Below are positions 40,590 through 53,013 of a DNA stretch of 64,000 bases, piece by piece. How positions within the stretch are numbered: the first letter of the stretch is position 1; the number at the start of each line of letters is the position of its first letter. Both the position numbers and the translations under genes were made by a program. The notes under the pieces were generated by a model. It saw nothing but the letters and a program-made list of their open reading frames with translations, ran no database searches and was not told the origin of the DNA. The stretch is from NCBI RefSeq assembly GCF_036321535.1, contig NC_087436.1:54004001-54068000 (forward strand), written 5' to 3'. This DNA comes from Camelus dromedarius (Eukaryota).

Positions 40590-41400
40590 TAACCCTCTGT
40601 TCTTTCCTTTATCCGTAGACTGCCTCATCCTCTGTGCAGCTGCTCAAGCCCCAAATCTAAGAATCAATCTTGACTTCTCCCTTCCCCTCATTCCTGATAC
40701 ATCCACAACTCTAAACATTTCCCCAGTTCTTCTGATGCCCCTTATCCTCACCATCACAGACCTAATCCAAGTCATTATCTATTTCCTGGACAAGTCTTAC
40801 AACTGGTTTCCAAGTTCCATTCTTAACTCTTGCATCCTTCTCAGACCACTTTTCTTGCAGCTCCAAGAGTAATGTTCTCAAAATCTATGTCAGATCCCCT
40901 CTAATAGCTTGTCATTATCTGGGATGGCCCACAAGGTTCTCTATGATCTAGGTCTCATTTATTCCTTCCACTTTACTGTACAACACCCTCCCTGTTCACT
41001 GCATCTCAGGAATACCTTGGTCTCCTTCCTGTTCTTTGAAAACACCAAGTTCTTTCCTCACTCAGGGCTTTGCAACTGCTACACTTCTCTAAGGAATATT
41101 CTTCCCCTTCTCTCTAAATAGCTAGTTTATTCCATTTCTTAGACCACATCTCAAATAACACCCTCAGAGAGAACTTTCTTCACCTTCAGATACTCTCCAT
41201 TACATCATCATATTTATTTCCTTGATATCAGTTATTATAATCTGTAAATATCTTCTATTTGTAGTATTTACTTGTTTATTATCTATTCCCTCCTGTACAA
41301 GACCCACAAAGATAGGAATCTTAGAAATAAGATCTAGGAGTCCCTATTACCTGGCACAATGCCCTGAACACAGTGGGCTCAATCAATATTTGTTGATTAA
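40590..41400 (+). mobile_element. L2 3' region
   Basis: ctcagggctttgcaactgct...cctggcacaatgccctgaacacagtgggctcaatcaatattttgttgattaa L2 3' terminus. Confidence 0.75.
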
Positions 41401-44400
41401 AATATCTGTTGCATATGCATACATGAAAGAATACAAAGGCACAGAGTGAGAAGTCCCTGGGATTTACTCATAATCACTACTGGAAAAAAAAACATTCAAA
41501 TCATATGACCCAAGGTGTAGGCACTGAGACTTTCTATAAGCAGGAACATAAATACGTATCTTCAATGACATAAGGTCATGTTTCTATTTCTAATCTCACT
41601 GAGTAGAGATAATTTTTTCCATGTCGTATGGAAGGCTGATTAAAAAAGAAGAGGAAACAGGTTAAATCTTTGCTAGTTTATTATTCTACTATGGTGGCAT
41701 GTCTCTTTTGATTTGCAATCTTTGGCATCATAATACTGGATTTAAAATAAACGTTTTGCAAATGACCAAAGATTATCCTCCAGTATAAAAATTCTAGCCT
41801 TTGAATCTACATGGTATAAATGTATTTTCCTAATAAACAAATTTTGGAAGTACAGTCATTACTGTATGTGAGCTGTATCCTCAAAGGTGGGGGGAACAAT
41901 TATTTCTGGTGCTAAAAAGAGGGTCTTCATATTCAAGAAAGTTGGTAGCCTGCAAAAACTATAATCCTATTTGTTACCGATAACAAGTTGGTAGTCAATG
42001 ATCTAAATCATTAGATGTGGTGTCATATTTTTGTAAGTCAGACATATTGGCTATTCTGATATGCATGATTATAAAGGACTTTTTGTAGTCTTCTTAAATA
42101 TATTGCCTTTTAATTTGGCCTGGTGCTATTTTGCTTTCCTGGAGCAGGGTACTGCTTAATAGACACACCTATATTGTTTTTCAAGATAAAGTCAAAAGAC
42201 ATTTATGAAGTATACTAGGGAAGAAAATTAACTTCTGGTACTTATATTTCCCCATCTAATTTTGTCAAAATAGAGAATTTCTATTATGTACCACAGACAT
42301 ATTCAAATATGTTTTAAGCATTCAAATGAAAAATTTAAACCCATCAACGTCTTTTCTGAAATTCAGAAAACAACTTATTCACCATCCAGGTGCATGTAAA
42401 ATGCATGAAAGACCAGATATAAATGCAAAAGCTATAAATGTTACATCAGTGAAATCATAAAGATGAGTCATGAAATAAACACCATGACTGTTAAAGACCC
42501 ATATATCAAAAAAGAAGTATAAAGCTTGTAATTTTGTGTATTACATTCAGGTTTAAATTTTGCCTTTATTTAAAGCAGACAATTTTCAAATATATTTAAA
42601 TATTTACATCTATAAAGCAGGATCAGGAGAGGAAAGCACTAGATCCACAGATGCAGCTTAAAAATAGGTCACAGTGCAGCATTTAATGGACACAGCTTTG
42701 ATGTGCCTACTGATGTTAGTATTAAATTTTATAGACCATAAATTTCTCACATCAGTAAAAATTGTTGACAATTCTAATTTTTTCAGAAAAGTCTTTATAT
42801 AATAATAGAGCATCTATAAGTCACAATACATTTGCTAAAGAAATCACTGAAGCTACACTATTCCCTATATTTTTTATTATCAGCAAAAGATTGAATATCT
42901 GTATTTCTATAAACAAATTATTAACCAACATCAACTATATCATAAAATTACCTTAAGTGACTTCTGAACATTATTCAGTTAACAACATAAATAATTTATT
43001 GCTCCAATTTATTAGTCTAATTGCTCATGATCAAAATTAAATTTTATTCTAATTATTTTAAATATGAGATGCTTTTGTATCAAACTATTTCATACTTATA
43101 AACTATGCTAGATTATGTACATGTATTGTGTACACATATATATAGTTACGATTTAGAACACTGGTAACAGCACAATTTTTCAAAAGTGCTGTTCCACTCA
43201 CCAAGAAGAATGTGATTATTCACCTATAAATAGTATTCATCTTTTATATTCCTTCCCAGCCAAGGAAAATATCCCAAACTTATAGCATTGATAACTCTGA
43301 TTAAAAGCAGAGAAAGTTTTCAGTACTTCAGGTTGTTTACAAAGAAAAATAGAAAAATAAAACCAGACAGAACACAATTAAGAATAGCAGAGGATAATAT
43401 GTATTAACCAAGTTTTACTAAGCAGACTAGAAATTTTATGTTTAAAGTGTCTATACTTTGAGTTTATCTTTAACAGATCAATTAGGGTAACAAAGGTAAG
43501 TAAAAGGGGAAAAATATATATGACTTCTTATTGAACTAAAGAAAAATCATTAATACTTTTGCCATGTGCAAGGCTCCCTCACATGTTGCCTCCACTTTCC
43601 TTACCTATAAAATTGATCACAACTACCTGAAAAGTGTAATTCCATCTCTTTAACAAAGCATTAGCTTTTTTAAAACATGATACTTAATAGCTAACTAAGC
43701 ACTGGAAAAAAGCAGCTATATAATGTGTTCTTTGCACAAGTTTTATTAAGGTAAAAATTTACAGATTCTTAGATTTTTAAATCATTTTAATAAACAAAAG
43801 GGATCTGAATGTAATATCAAACACAAAACTGGAAAGATCATAGTTCCTCAAAGTATAAACTATTTGAAGGGTTATTAGTTAAATATTTAACACTGTTTAA
43901 ATCTGGTGAAGTACTTTGCAAGAACCAACCAAACTGACGATAAACAATCCAATCTTACTTTAAAATTTAATTTCACTCTTCCTGCTGCAGTCATTTTTTG
44001 CCACAGCATACCTGGCCTACTATAATGGCGTCTTGATATCTCTGCCTCCCTTCTCTTTTCATTTCAATATAAACTATATCCTTCTGTGAAACTGAAAATA
44101 CCAATTCAAGTTATTTTCAGTGGCTCTTTCCTGTCAACTCATTCAAGTACAAAATAACTCCTTAGCCTGCACACACTCTAAGTGCACAACACACACCAAT
44201 AAATGAATGCCAAATCAAGACCTCTAACTACAGTAAAACTTCATTACCATTTTGTTATTTAAAAAGCCATATCTTCATGACTGTTTATAACATGCCCCAC
44301 CGTGCAAGTTCCGAACTCTTCCCCACACCACAAGTTTCCTACCATCACCTTGCTGCTGAATTTTATTAATAATGGGCCTGACTTCTACTTTACTGCAAAG

Positions 44401-45272
44401 ATGAAAGCCATGCAAGAAACATTCTTTTGAATGCCCTCTGTACTACCTTAAATTTTTTTTTTAATACTTTAACATATATTCTGCCATTTTTCTCTAAGGC
44501 AGAAGTGTTTTTTCTCATTCAAACACCAATCCTGTTTACTCGGGTTCAAGATTTCATTTCTTCTTTTTTCATCTATGATCCTTCACCATTAATTATCCCT
44601 TCTAGGAAATTTACTCTGTCCTTGTCCATAGGGTTCTAGCCCAACAAATATGTTACTGTTTACACTACTCTAATTACACTCAAAATGCAGCCCTTTCCAC
44701 AAACCACTACTGTCTCTTTTCTCATTAAACTTTTAGAAAGTCGATACTTTCCCTTCATTTCCTCATTACTCACCATCGCCCCTGAGATTTGATTTCTTTC
44801 TCCACAAGACTCAACTTAAAGATGTTTTTTAAAACCTGAATGTCTGTTAGTCAAAATCATCAAAATTTAGTACTTTTTTTTCTTGGCAGTACCTGACACT
44901 GTTGACTATCCAACTCTTTGGAATCCATGACAAGAAACTTGTTTTCCTCCAATCTTTCAGTGCTTCTTCACAAGCTCCTTCAGTTATATATCCTAAATAT
45001 GGCTGTTTACCTCATGCTTTCCTTTATCTATTCCTTTTATGCCTACGGGTCAACTATCACTTTCAAGTGCATGAATCCCAAAGCTCTGTCACCTGAATAT
45101 GACAACAGCACTTCAACAAATCTCCAAACATACCCATCTGGTTGAGATCTATTTCTGCTGTTAGTGTTATCCAGACCCAAATTTTGGACTCCAAGATTTC
45201 TTACTTTTACTTGAGTCCTTCTTGAATTCTCTCTTTTTTCTCTTTCTTGTCTTTTTCTCTTTTTTCTCTTTT

Positions 45273-45299
45273 CTCTCTCTCTCTCACACACACACACAC
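45273..45299. repeat. (CT)n(CA)n compound microsatellite
   Basis: ctctctctctctcacacacacacacac. Confidence 0.85.
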
Positions 45300-45373
45300 C
45301 TCTTCCTTCCTGTTCTCTTTATTTTTCAAGTTTCAGAAGAAACAATAAGCTTCTAACTGGTTATTCTTCATTT

Positions 45374-45454
45374 AGTCCACTGTCCAATGGCTTTTAAGTA
45401 AGAATGTGCATCAAGTCCACTGTCCAATGGCTTTTAAAGTAAGAATGTGCATCA
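45374..45454. repeat. 40/41-bp direct tandem duplication
   Basis: agtccactgtccaatggcttttaa(a)gtaagaatgtgcatca x2, differing by one A. Confidence 0.95.
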
Positions 45455-46604
45455 GAGTTTTTTGGGGTTTTTTGCAGAAGATAGATGATAGGTTAGATTC
45501 TAGCCTCAGAGATTCTGATTTCTGGTTCTAGGCTGTGGCCAAGAAAATGTACTTGGAAAAAGTTCCCTGTTTCAGATGCATACTTCTTGTTAAGCATGAC
45601 TGCCAATCTTATAATGTACATCTCTTTCAAATTAACTTTTTCCATGGTATCAACTTGAATATTTAACTCTTTTGCTCAGATACCTTCAATGGCTCCCCAT
45701 TGTACAAGGCCTTCTGCAATCTGGGTCCCAGGCATATCTCTCTTTATATTATATTATATACCTTTGAAGATGCTTTTCTGTGCTCCTGAAAAATCTTTTA
45801 ACTCTCTTCTCCACATGTCCAAATCCTATGCAGATTAACTGCTTCCTCCTCTACTAATACCATTGGAAGAGCTCAAACACAAATGAGCTCCCTTCTAGAA
45901 CCCTGCTGTGTATCTTCTTACAGCATTTAACACATAGAGTCCTATTTTTACTTGTTGATATACATGCTTCATTACCCTGAATGCACTATAATGTCTTTAA
46001 ACACAGGAGGCACACACACTTGGACAACTAAACAGAAGTGACTATCAGTAAAAATATTTTTCCCCTCACATTATTTGCATTGGTTTTTCTAGAGCAAAGG
46101 TAAATTATAAACTACTTATAGGCTGATCCTGACTCACCAGAAGTCTCATCGGAAGTAGAGGCTTGTGGCCCAACACAGAAATTCCCTTGAACTAGGAACG
46201 TTAATGTATAACCTATCCCTATAGGTTGCATAGAAACAGAACCTGATGATTACCTATTCTGATCAAGGTCCCAAAAGTATGAACTGCTCCTCTCTAAACT
46301 TTATTTTGGGGCTATCAATTTTTTGTTGATTCTTTTTTCTGAAAGTCAAATTTGGAGGAAGAAAAAATCAGAAGGAATTTTGTCCTCTACTTTGATTACA
46401 CAAACCCAGTAAAACAGTAATTTTCATGCTTGAAATTTTTATATGTATGTGTATATGTATATAAATTTGTGTGTGATATATATATATATGTGTATATATA
46501 TATATGTATATATAATTTTCTCCCTACTCCCTCAAGTAGGGCTGAATGAAATAAGGTCATTTCCCAAAGAAGAGAGAATATGTATGCCTCTTGGAAACAA
46601 AGTT

Positions 46605-46865
46605 TTTTAAACTTTTCATTTTGAAATCATTAGAGGCTCACAGGAAGTAGCGAGAAAAAATAGTACAGACAGGTCCCATGTACCCTCCCATCCATTTTGC
46701 TCCAATGGTAACATTTACATAACTCTGATACAATATCCCAACTAGGAAACTGACAATCTACAGATCTTCTTCAGATTTCATCAGTTTTTATATGCATATG
46801 TGTATGAGCATGTATGGTTCTAAGCAATTTTATCACATGTAGAGATTCATGCAACCACCACCAAT
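46605..46865 (-). mobile_element. L1M (L1MB/MC-like) 3' end
   Basis: ttttcattttgaaatcattagaggctcacaggaagt...gtcccatgtaccct...ccaatggtaacatttacataac. Confidence 0.65.
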
Positions 46866-47656
46866 ATATGGTATTTTTAAATATTCATTTTCATATACAT
46901 CAGAATTTTATCAAATCAATGAGACTTAAAAATCAAAGGTAAGTATATTTTTCAGTCTCAGAAGACAGAACTTGGATACATTATACAACATAGAAATTGA
47001 GCAGGTATAATGAATGCGAAGTAGAATTGTATTTTGGTTTAAAATAAACTAGGAAATATACTCAAGACAAAATTTCTTGAAATTTCTAAGTTGTATGCTT
47101 CAATCAAGATTGACTACCAAAACCTACACATTTGGGATATACTACCCAAATAGAACCACCCTTTGCTAAAGTATTATGTATTATTTCTTGGATTCTGTTA
47201 AAGATTTGGTACAAGAAACAATTATATGGAGAATATTTGAGCAATTTTAGTAGAACCACTATTGAAGACTCTGTCTGTAATGCCAGTCAGTATCTTTTGC
47301 GTATTTTAAGAATGTATGCAGAATTACTTAGGGAGCTAACGATACCTGATGATAAATCTCTTCCAGCATTTGTCTCAACAGTTTTTTGTTTGATTGAAGA
47401 AACAGAAAATTTCTCCTTAGCATTAAATAAAAACTAGATAGCATACCAAGTTTTTTTTTTTCTTCCCACCTTGGCAACTGAGCAGCTCAAATTAAATTAG
47501 TGCTCATTATAGTAAGTATATTACCCTCACTTCTTACTAGGTTTCTCTTTTCCTCTCCTTTTAAGGCTTCTGGCCTTTAGATCTTTATTTTGAATATTTT
47601 GTGTACATTAGTATATGTGTTACATTATGTCACAGCACACTTTTTAGAAACAATAA

Positions 47657-47992
47657 TATTATGGACTGAATGTTTGTGTTCCCCCATAAATTCTATGTTG
47701 ATATTCTAACTCCTGATGTGACGATATCAGGAGATAATGAGATCATGCAGGTAGAACCCTCATGAAGAGACAGGACAGCCTGCTTCCTTTGTCTCTTCTC
47801 TCGCTGCCATGTGAAGATACAATGAGAAGGTGGCCGTGGGCAAACCAGGAGTGTCCTCACCAGATACTGAATCTACTGGTGACTTGATCTTGGTTGGATT
47901 TTCCAGCCTCCAGAATGGTGAGAAACAAATTGGTTTTTTTTTAAGCCACTCGGTCTGTAGTATTTGGTTATAGCAGCCCAAATTGACTAAGA
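47657..47992 (+). mobile_element. MLT1A-like MaLR solo LTR
   Basis: tatggactgaatgtttgtgttcccc...gccatgtgaagatacaatgagaagg...cagcctccagaa...ttatagcagcccaaattgactaaga. Confidence 0.8.
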
Positions 47993-48183
47993 AAAATGAT
48001 CAGACATAAATGCTATGTATTTCCTTTGCATAGATGTTCATAATTTATACTGTAAATTTATATATAAACCTTATTTAATCCACACAACAGTCCACTTTAC
48101 CAATGAGGAAACTAAAACTGAGAAAGATTAAATGACAACTTTGTAAATGGTAGAACTGGAAATCTTATTCATCTATAATATTT

Positions 48184-48266
48184 GGAGAAGGTAATAGCTA
48201 AGTAATAGAGCACATGCTTAGCATGCTTAGCATGCATCAATTCCCAGTTATCTCCATTAAAAAAAA
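48184..48266 (+). mobile_element. Degenerate Vic-1-like tRNA-derived SINE (camelid)
   Basis: ggagaaggtaatagctaagtaatagagcacatgcttagcatg...tcaattcccagttatctccattaaaaaaaa; resembles Vic-1 as recalled. Confidence 0.65.
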
Positions 48267-51200
48267 TTTGTTTAAACACAATATTTGCCTTCTAGAGGGC
48301 ATATTAAAATTTCATTTATTTATAATTTTATTAATTTAAAAATAAATTATTTTATAAGCAAATATGCACTATTTGCTTAATTTCTAAAAAGTGGTTTGAA
48401 TTACTACTCCTATCATCCATTTATTTTCATTCTGATCAGAAACCACATAGGTAGTGTAACTGTCCACAAGTTGTGTTCTTTTGTGCATTTAATTTTCTCC
48501 ACCATATTAAAAGCTCTTTAATGGCATGAACTTTTTTCAGAGCTTATGATAGTGTTACAAAACAACATCTATTTCCAACTACTATATATTTAGGACACCT
48601 TTACAATGGAGTATTTTCATATGATAAAAGCCATAGTTACTGTCTGTAAAAATAGCAGTAGCATATAGTTGTTTATACTTATATACATGATGTACTTTGA
48701 TAATAAATCCATTAATAAAATATAAGAGCTTACTTGATGAAAGCTGAAGAATCTTGTTTTATACTTACTGGCTGATAATTCTATTCTACTCTAAAACTGA
48801 ATACTGAAAAACTGTAAAAAAGTAGTATATAGACCAGCAAATCCTTTAATAATGCAATCTGATACTTAACCTAATTTATATCACTGAAATAAACACTTAT
48901 TTTAAATGCCAGGCATAAACAGTTCCATGTTGAATATAACTGCTGCAATATATTTGGTTACTTAGGCAATTTCAAAGCATATCTGTGTTATTAATATACA
49001 CTTGTCTAACAAACTTACGTTATGAAATACTGTAGAATTATTGTTGATTATTTTTCAGCATTTGCAGTCAGAATAATAAATTCATTCTTCATCCCTTACA
49101 TAAAAATAGTGTAGCATAGTTAGAATCACTAACATACAAATAGATCCATGTATGTATTTGGGCATCCTTTCCATTTATCCTTCTTTAAGTCAATGAAATA
49201 AACTACATTTAGTTCACCTCACCAACAATGGCTTTGGCAAGCCTGATTACCACTTCATTTTGAATATTTATTTATTACTCAATGAGCAAGAATTCAATTT
49301 TCCTTATATCATGTAGGATGGCATATCATGTAAGATTAAGTGTGCATCTTTTTAATAATAGGATTAATTATATAATCATAAGCATTAATTTCATTTCTGT
49401 AAAGAATCGTATTTGTTTAATTTTAATATGTATTAATTTGAATCGTATATTCTTCTTTCTCTGGTAATGCAAAAATGCACAAATACTTACTCTCATGTAA
49501 TCATTTTATTTTAGCTTACACTAAATAACTTTAAACCAGCATTTCCAATATCAACTATTTCCTAACCTCAAGCAGTAACATCTGCAAACAGAGAATCGGT
49601 CTTCAGTCACCAATTTATCCTTACAAAAAAGCATTAAGTACAGGGTGGGAATTTAACACGAAGGTCTTCAATACCATAGAACCATATACATACATATATA
49701 AGAGCAATTTTAAACGTGCACAGCTATATAAACAAACTAATCATAGAAGAGACTACCATAAAGATGGCCACATAAGAGGGGAAAAAAAACCCTCATTTTT
49801 TTCCCATATCATCTTTGAGAGAAATGAGCAATCAAACAGGCCAGAGTATGCATTTCTGAGATTTAATACTATTTCTCTTTATTTAAAGTCACTTTCCCTA
49901 ACATATCCCATCACAGCTCTGCTGACTCCTTTTCAAATTGAAATATAAGTTTTCTCTCTTCTTTAATCTAAAAGATGTCAAACTTCTTATAAAAAGTTAT
50001 TTTGACAAAGTTAAAGGGCAAAAGAGCTTTAAAATATTGCTTCTATCAGAAGTCTGTTTGGATACTTGTAAAGTGAAATCTATAAGCACCTCGGAGGCTC
50101 TCTGGAAGAACAGAAAGCAGACCAGGCATTTTAAATGAAAAATGTCCCCACTAGGTGATCCTTTCATCTCTATATGCAAGAGAGACCGGGATTCAAAAAG
50201 TTCATCAGCAACAAAGCCTCACTCTGTCCGTCCCATTTAGCAGTTACATCAGTCTATTACCTGATGTTAGGATTATATAAGACAGTTTCCTTCCATTAGG
50301 AAGAGTTCCTAAAATGGGCACTGTTAAAGCTGGTAAAACTGAAATCTGACCTACTTTTTTCAAAAGATGTCCATGAATTTTGTGGTAAGTGTAATTCTTT
50401 GCACAGTTGGAGCTCTCCTTTCAAACAAACCATGTTAAGTGAAAAACGCTAGCAAATGCCTTACTTTCTAAGTGTCAAAATTAAAATCTATAAAATATGC
50501 ACACATTTCTTAAATTTTTATCTCTAATACTTAATTTCTTATGGTACTTTCTGCATACATTGGCTTTACTATCTATTGTAAGCCTAACATCATTCTGAAT
50601 AAACCAACAATAAAAAATTATTCATTTGGAGTACATTTATAAAACAAGAGTTTGAGACATGAAAATGTAATGAGAAACGTGTCTCAGGTAAATTTGAAAA
50701 TCAACCACATAGCATTACATTTATAGATTTTGATATCATTCTCGTCATTCAAATAAAGGTGCTGTACTTTTTCCTACAATTATTCTGGAGAAATCACTGA
50801 GACGTTCACAAGAGATTTAACTTCAAATAAAAGGATAAGGAAGCATATAGTCTTATGGAAATTATATGCATTAGACACCATGGCACAATGAACACATTTC
50901 ACCACATGATTTACAGTAATAAATCATCTCTTACATTTACTCACTTTTAAGATTACTAATTTTATCTTCCTAAAAGGTTAAAAGTATAAAAAATAGTCTG
51001 TATTCACTATGCTTAGTTCTCCACTTCACTATAATTTCCACTGAATTAAATGAGAATGAAGTGGTTATAAATATTCAAAAATAAACGAAACAACAACAAA
51101 AAATTTATCTCATAGCCTAAAGCATATCCACAGACTTTATCCTGTATAGCTTATAAGAACAGAATAAATGGATATGATAAACACTATAATGGACTTCATT

Positions 51201-52887
51201 TTCATCAAAACGATAATCTTATTAACTAGACATTTATCACCCTAACTTCAAAGTTCTTTAGAGTACACAGGAAATAAAATTATTCTGTGCCCATGAAAAT
51301 CAGAGCATGATGAGATAATAGATCACTATGGGTATTTCTTCATTGTGCCAACATAAAGTGAAACTCTAGGACAAAAGTACTCAAAATAGATAATAATTCC
51401 TCTGTTCAAACAATGCATAATTCAAGAATATCTAAACTGAATAAAGATTAAAGAATACTTCTTATAGTCTTAAATTCTAGTAATAAACACAGAAGGATAA
51501 GAATAAAAACAATAATGATTAATGCTCTCCAAATACATGCCATCAATCTTTGACTATCATTCTGCACAGATCTTTTTAATATACATTGTTAAAATTAATT
51601 ATATAAAATATACATTCATTCTTGAAAGCTAACATTATAACTATAGTATTTAATAAAAAGTATAGTATTTAATAAAAATCCTAAATATGAAAACACAAAA
51701 TTATAAACATAAAGCACTAGTATTTTGTAAACAAAGCTAATACCCAAGATGATAAGAACTAGAATGAAGGCGCAGATAGGAAAATTTCTAAGCAGCACTG
51801 GGGACAGAAATTCTCCAATTAAAATTCATATTAAAAATCATTCATGCCCTCAGACATAATATAAAATATTCCAGAAAAAGTAGGGAAAGGAGAAATGAGG
51901 CCAGCCTTACCCCTACTGATACAGACAAGTTATAATTAAAAGCTGTAGTTTTAATCTTCTTTTCTTCTACTTCTTTCTTTCATAATAAATGAATGTGTTT
52001 ATAACCTTATTTTCTATCTGGCTTAAATGCACAAATCACTTTTTGAAGCATTGCATGTTATAAAAGAGCTATCTATGCCTTTTATATATAAACTCAATGG
52101 GGAAAATAAACAAAAGTTATCCTACTTATATAAACAGAACTAAATTCCTAGGAGATTTTAAAGGTGAATATTAAAAAGGTGTTTTAGCTCAGAAAATAGA
52201 AAAGTAAGGAAAATCAGGATATGCCTAATAAGTTGAATATACTCAAGATTTTTCCGTATCTTGTTTACATATATGTGGGAAGCAAAAGTAGAAAATGTAA
52301 AATTTTTGCACTGTCTATACCCATTCCCAAGTTCTTGCTTTCTCTTTGCCTACTAGAAACGGTGTATTATAGAAAGTGGTGAGGATGACAATGGCATTAT
52401 GATAAATAGGAATGGAGTCAATGCAAGATGCAATAGGCCAGTCCAGCTCTTGAGAACATAATGGTTTTTATGAATGGTTTTACTAAATTGCAAGTAATTA
52501 AAAATGTAGCTGGACAGACTTAGAAACTAAAAAAATGTGTTATTAAGCATTATCAGTTAGAGATGGTACTTCGATAAAACCTAACTGAAAAGATACATTT
52601 TTCCCTAAAATTAAAAGTCCCAATCCTTAGAAATTGACTTACTTCCCTCTGAAAGTATCATCTGTGATAGTAGGGAAAAGGAATGCCTTTCCAATTAAGT
52701 CATAGTTAAGAACACTATGGCCTAAATTTCCCTCGGTTCTACTGCATAAGCAGAGCTAAGTCATAATTGGCCCGTGTTAGTGTCTTAGCCTACAAAAGAC
52801 AGTTCTAGCACTAAAAGTGGAATTATTATGAAAATCATAATTCTTAAACAAAAGTTTATAAGTGTATCTTGACATTTCAACACTTAC

Positions 52888-53013
52888 GGCTATCGTAACA
52901 TATGTTTCCTAGAGCCCTGCCCGTTTGAAGCAGCACTTCCTGGTCTTTGCTATTTAGCAGCTGCACCAGTGGTGAAATCAATCCAGCATCCACACATGGA
53001 ATTCGCATAAATT
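52888..53013 (-). CDS. RAP1GDS1: RAP1GDS1 exon 4 (126 nt): EFMRIPCVDAGLISPLVQLLNSKDQEVLLQTGRALGNICYDS
   Basis: Acceptor ttttcag|AA, donor GCC|gtaagt; manually translated (not in ORF track); ARM repeat matching SmgGDS. Confidence 0.96.
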
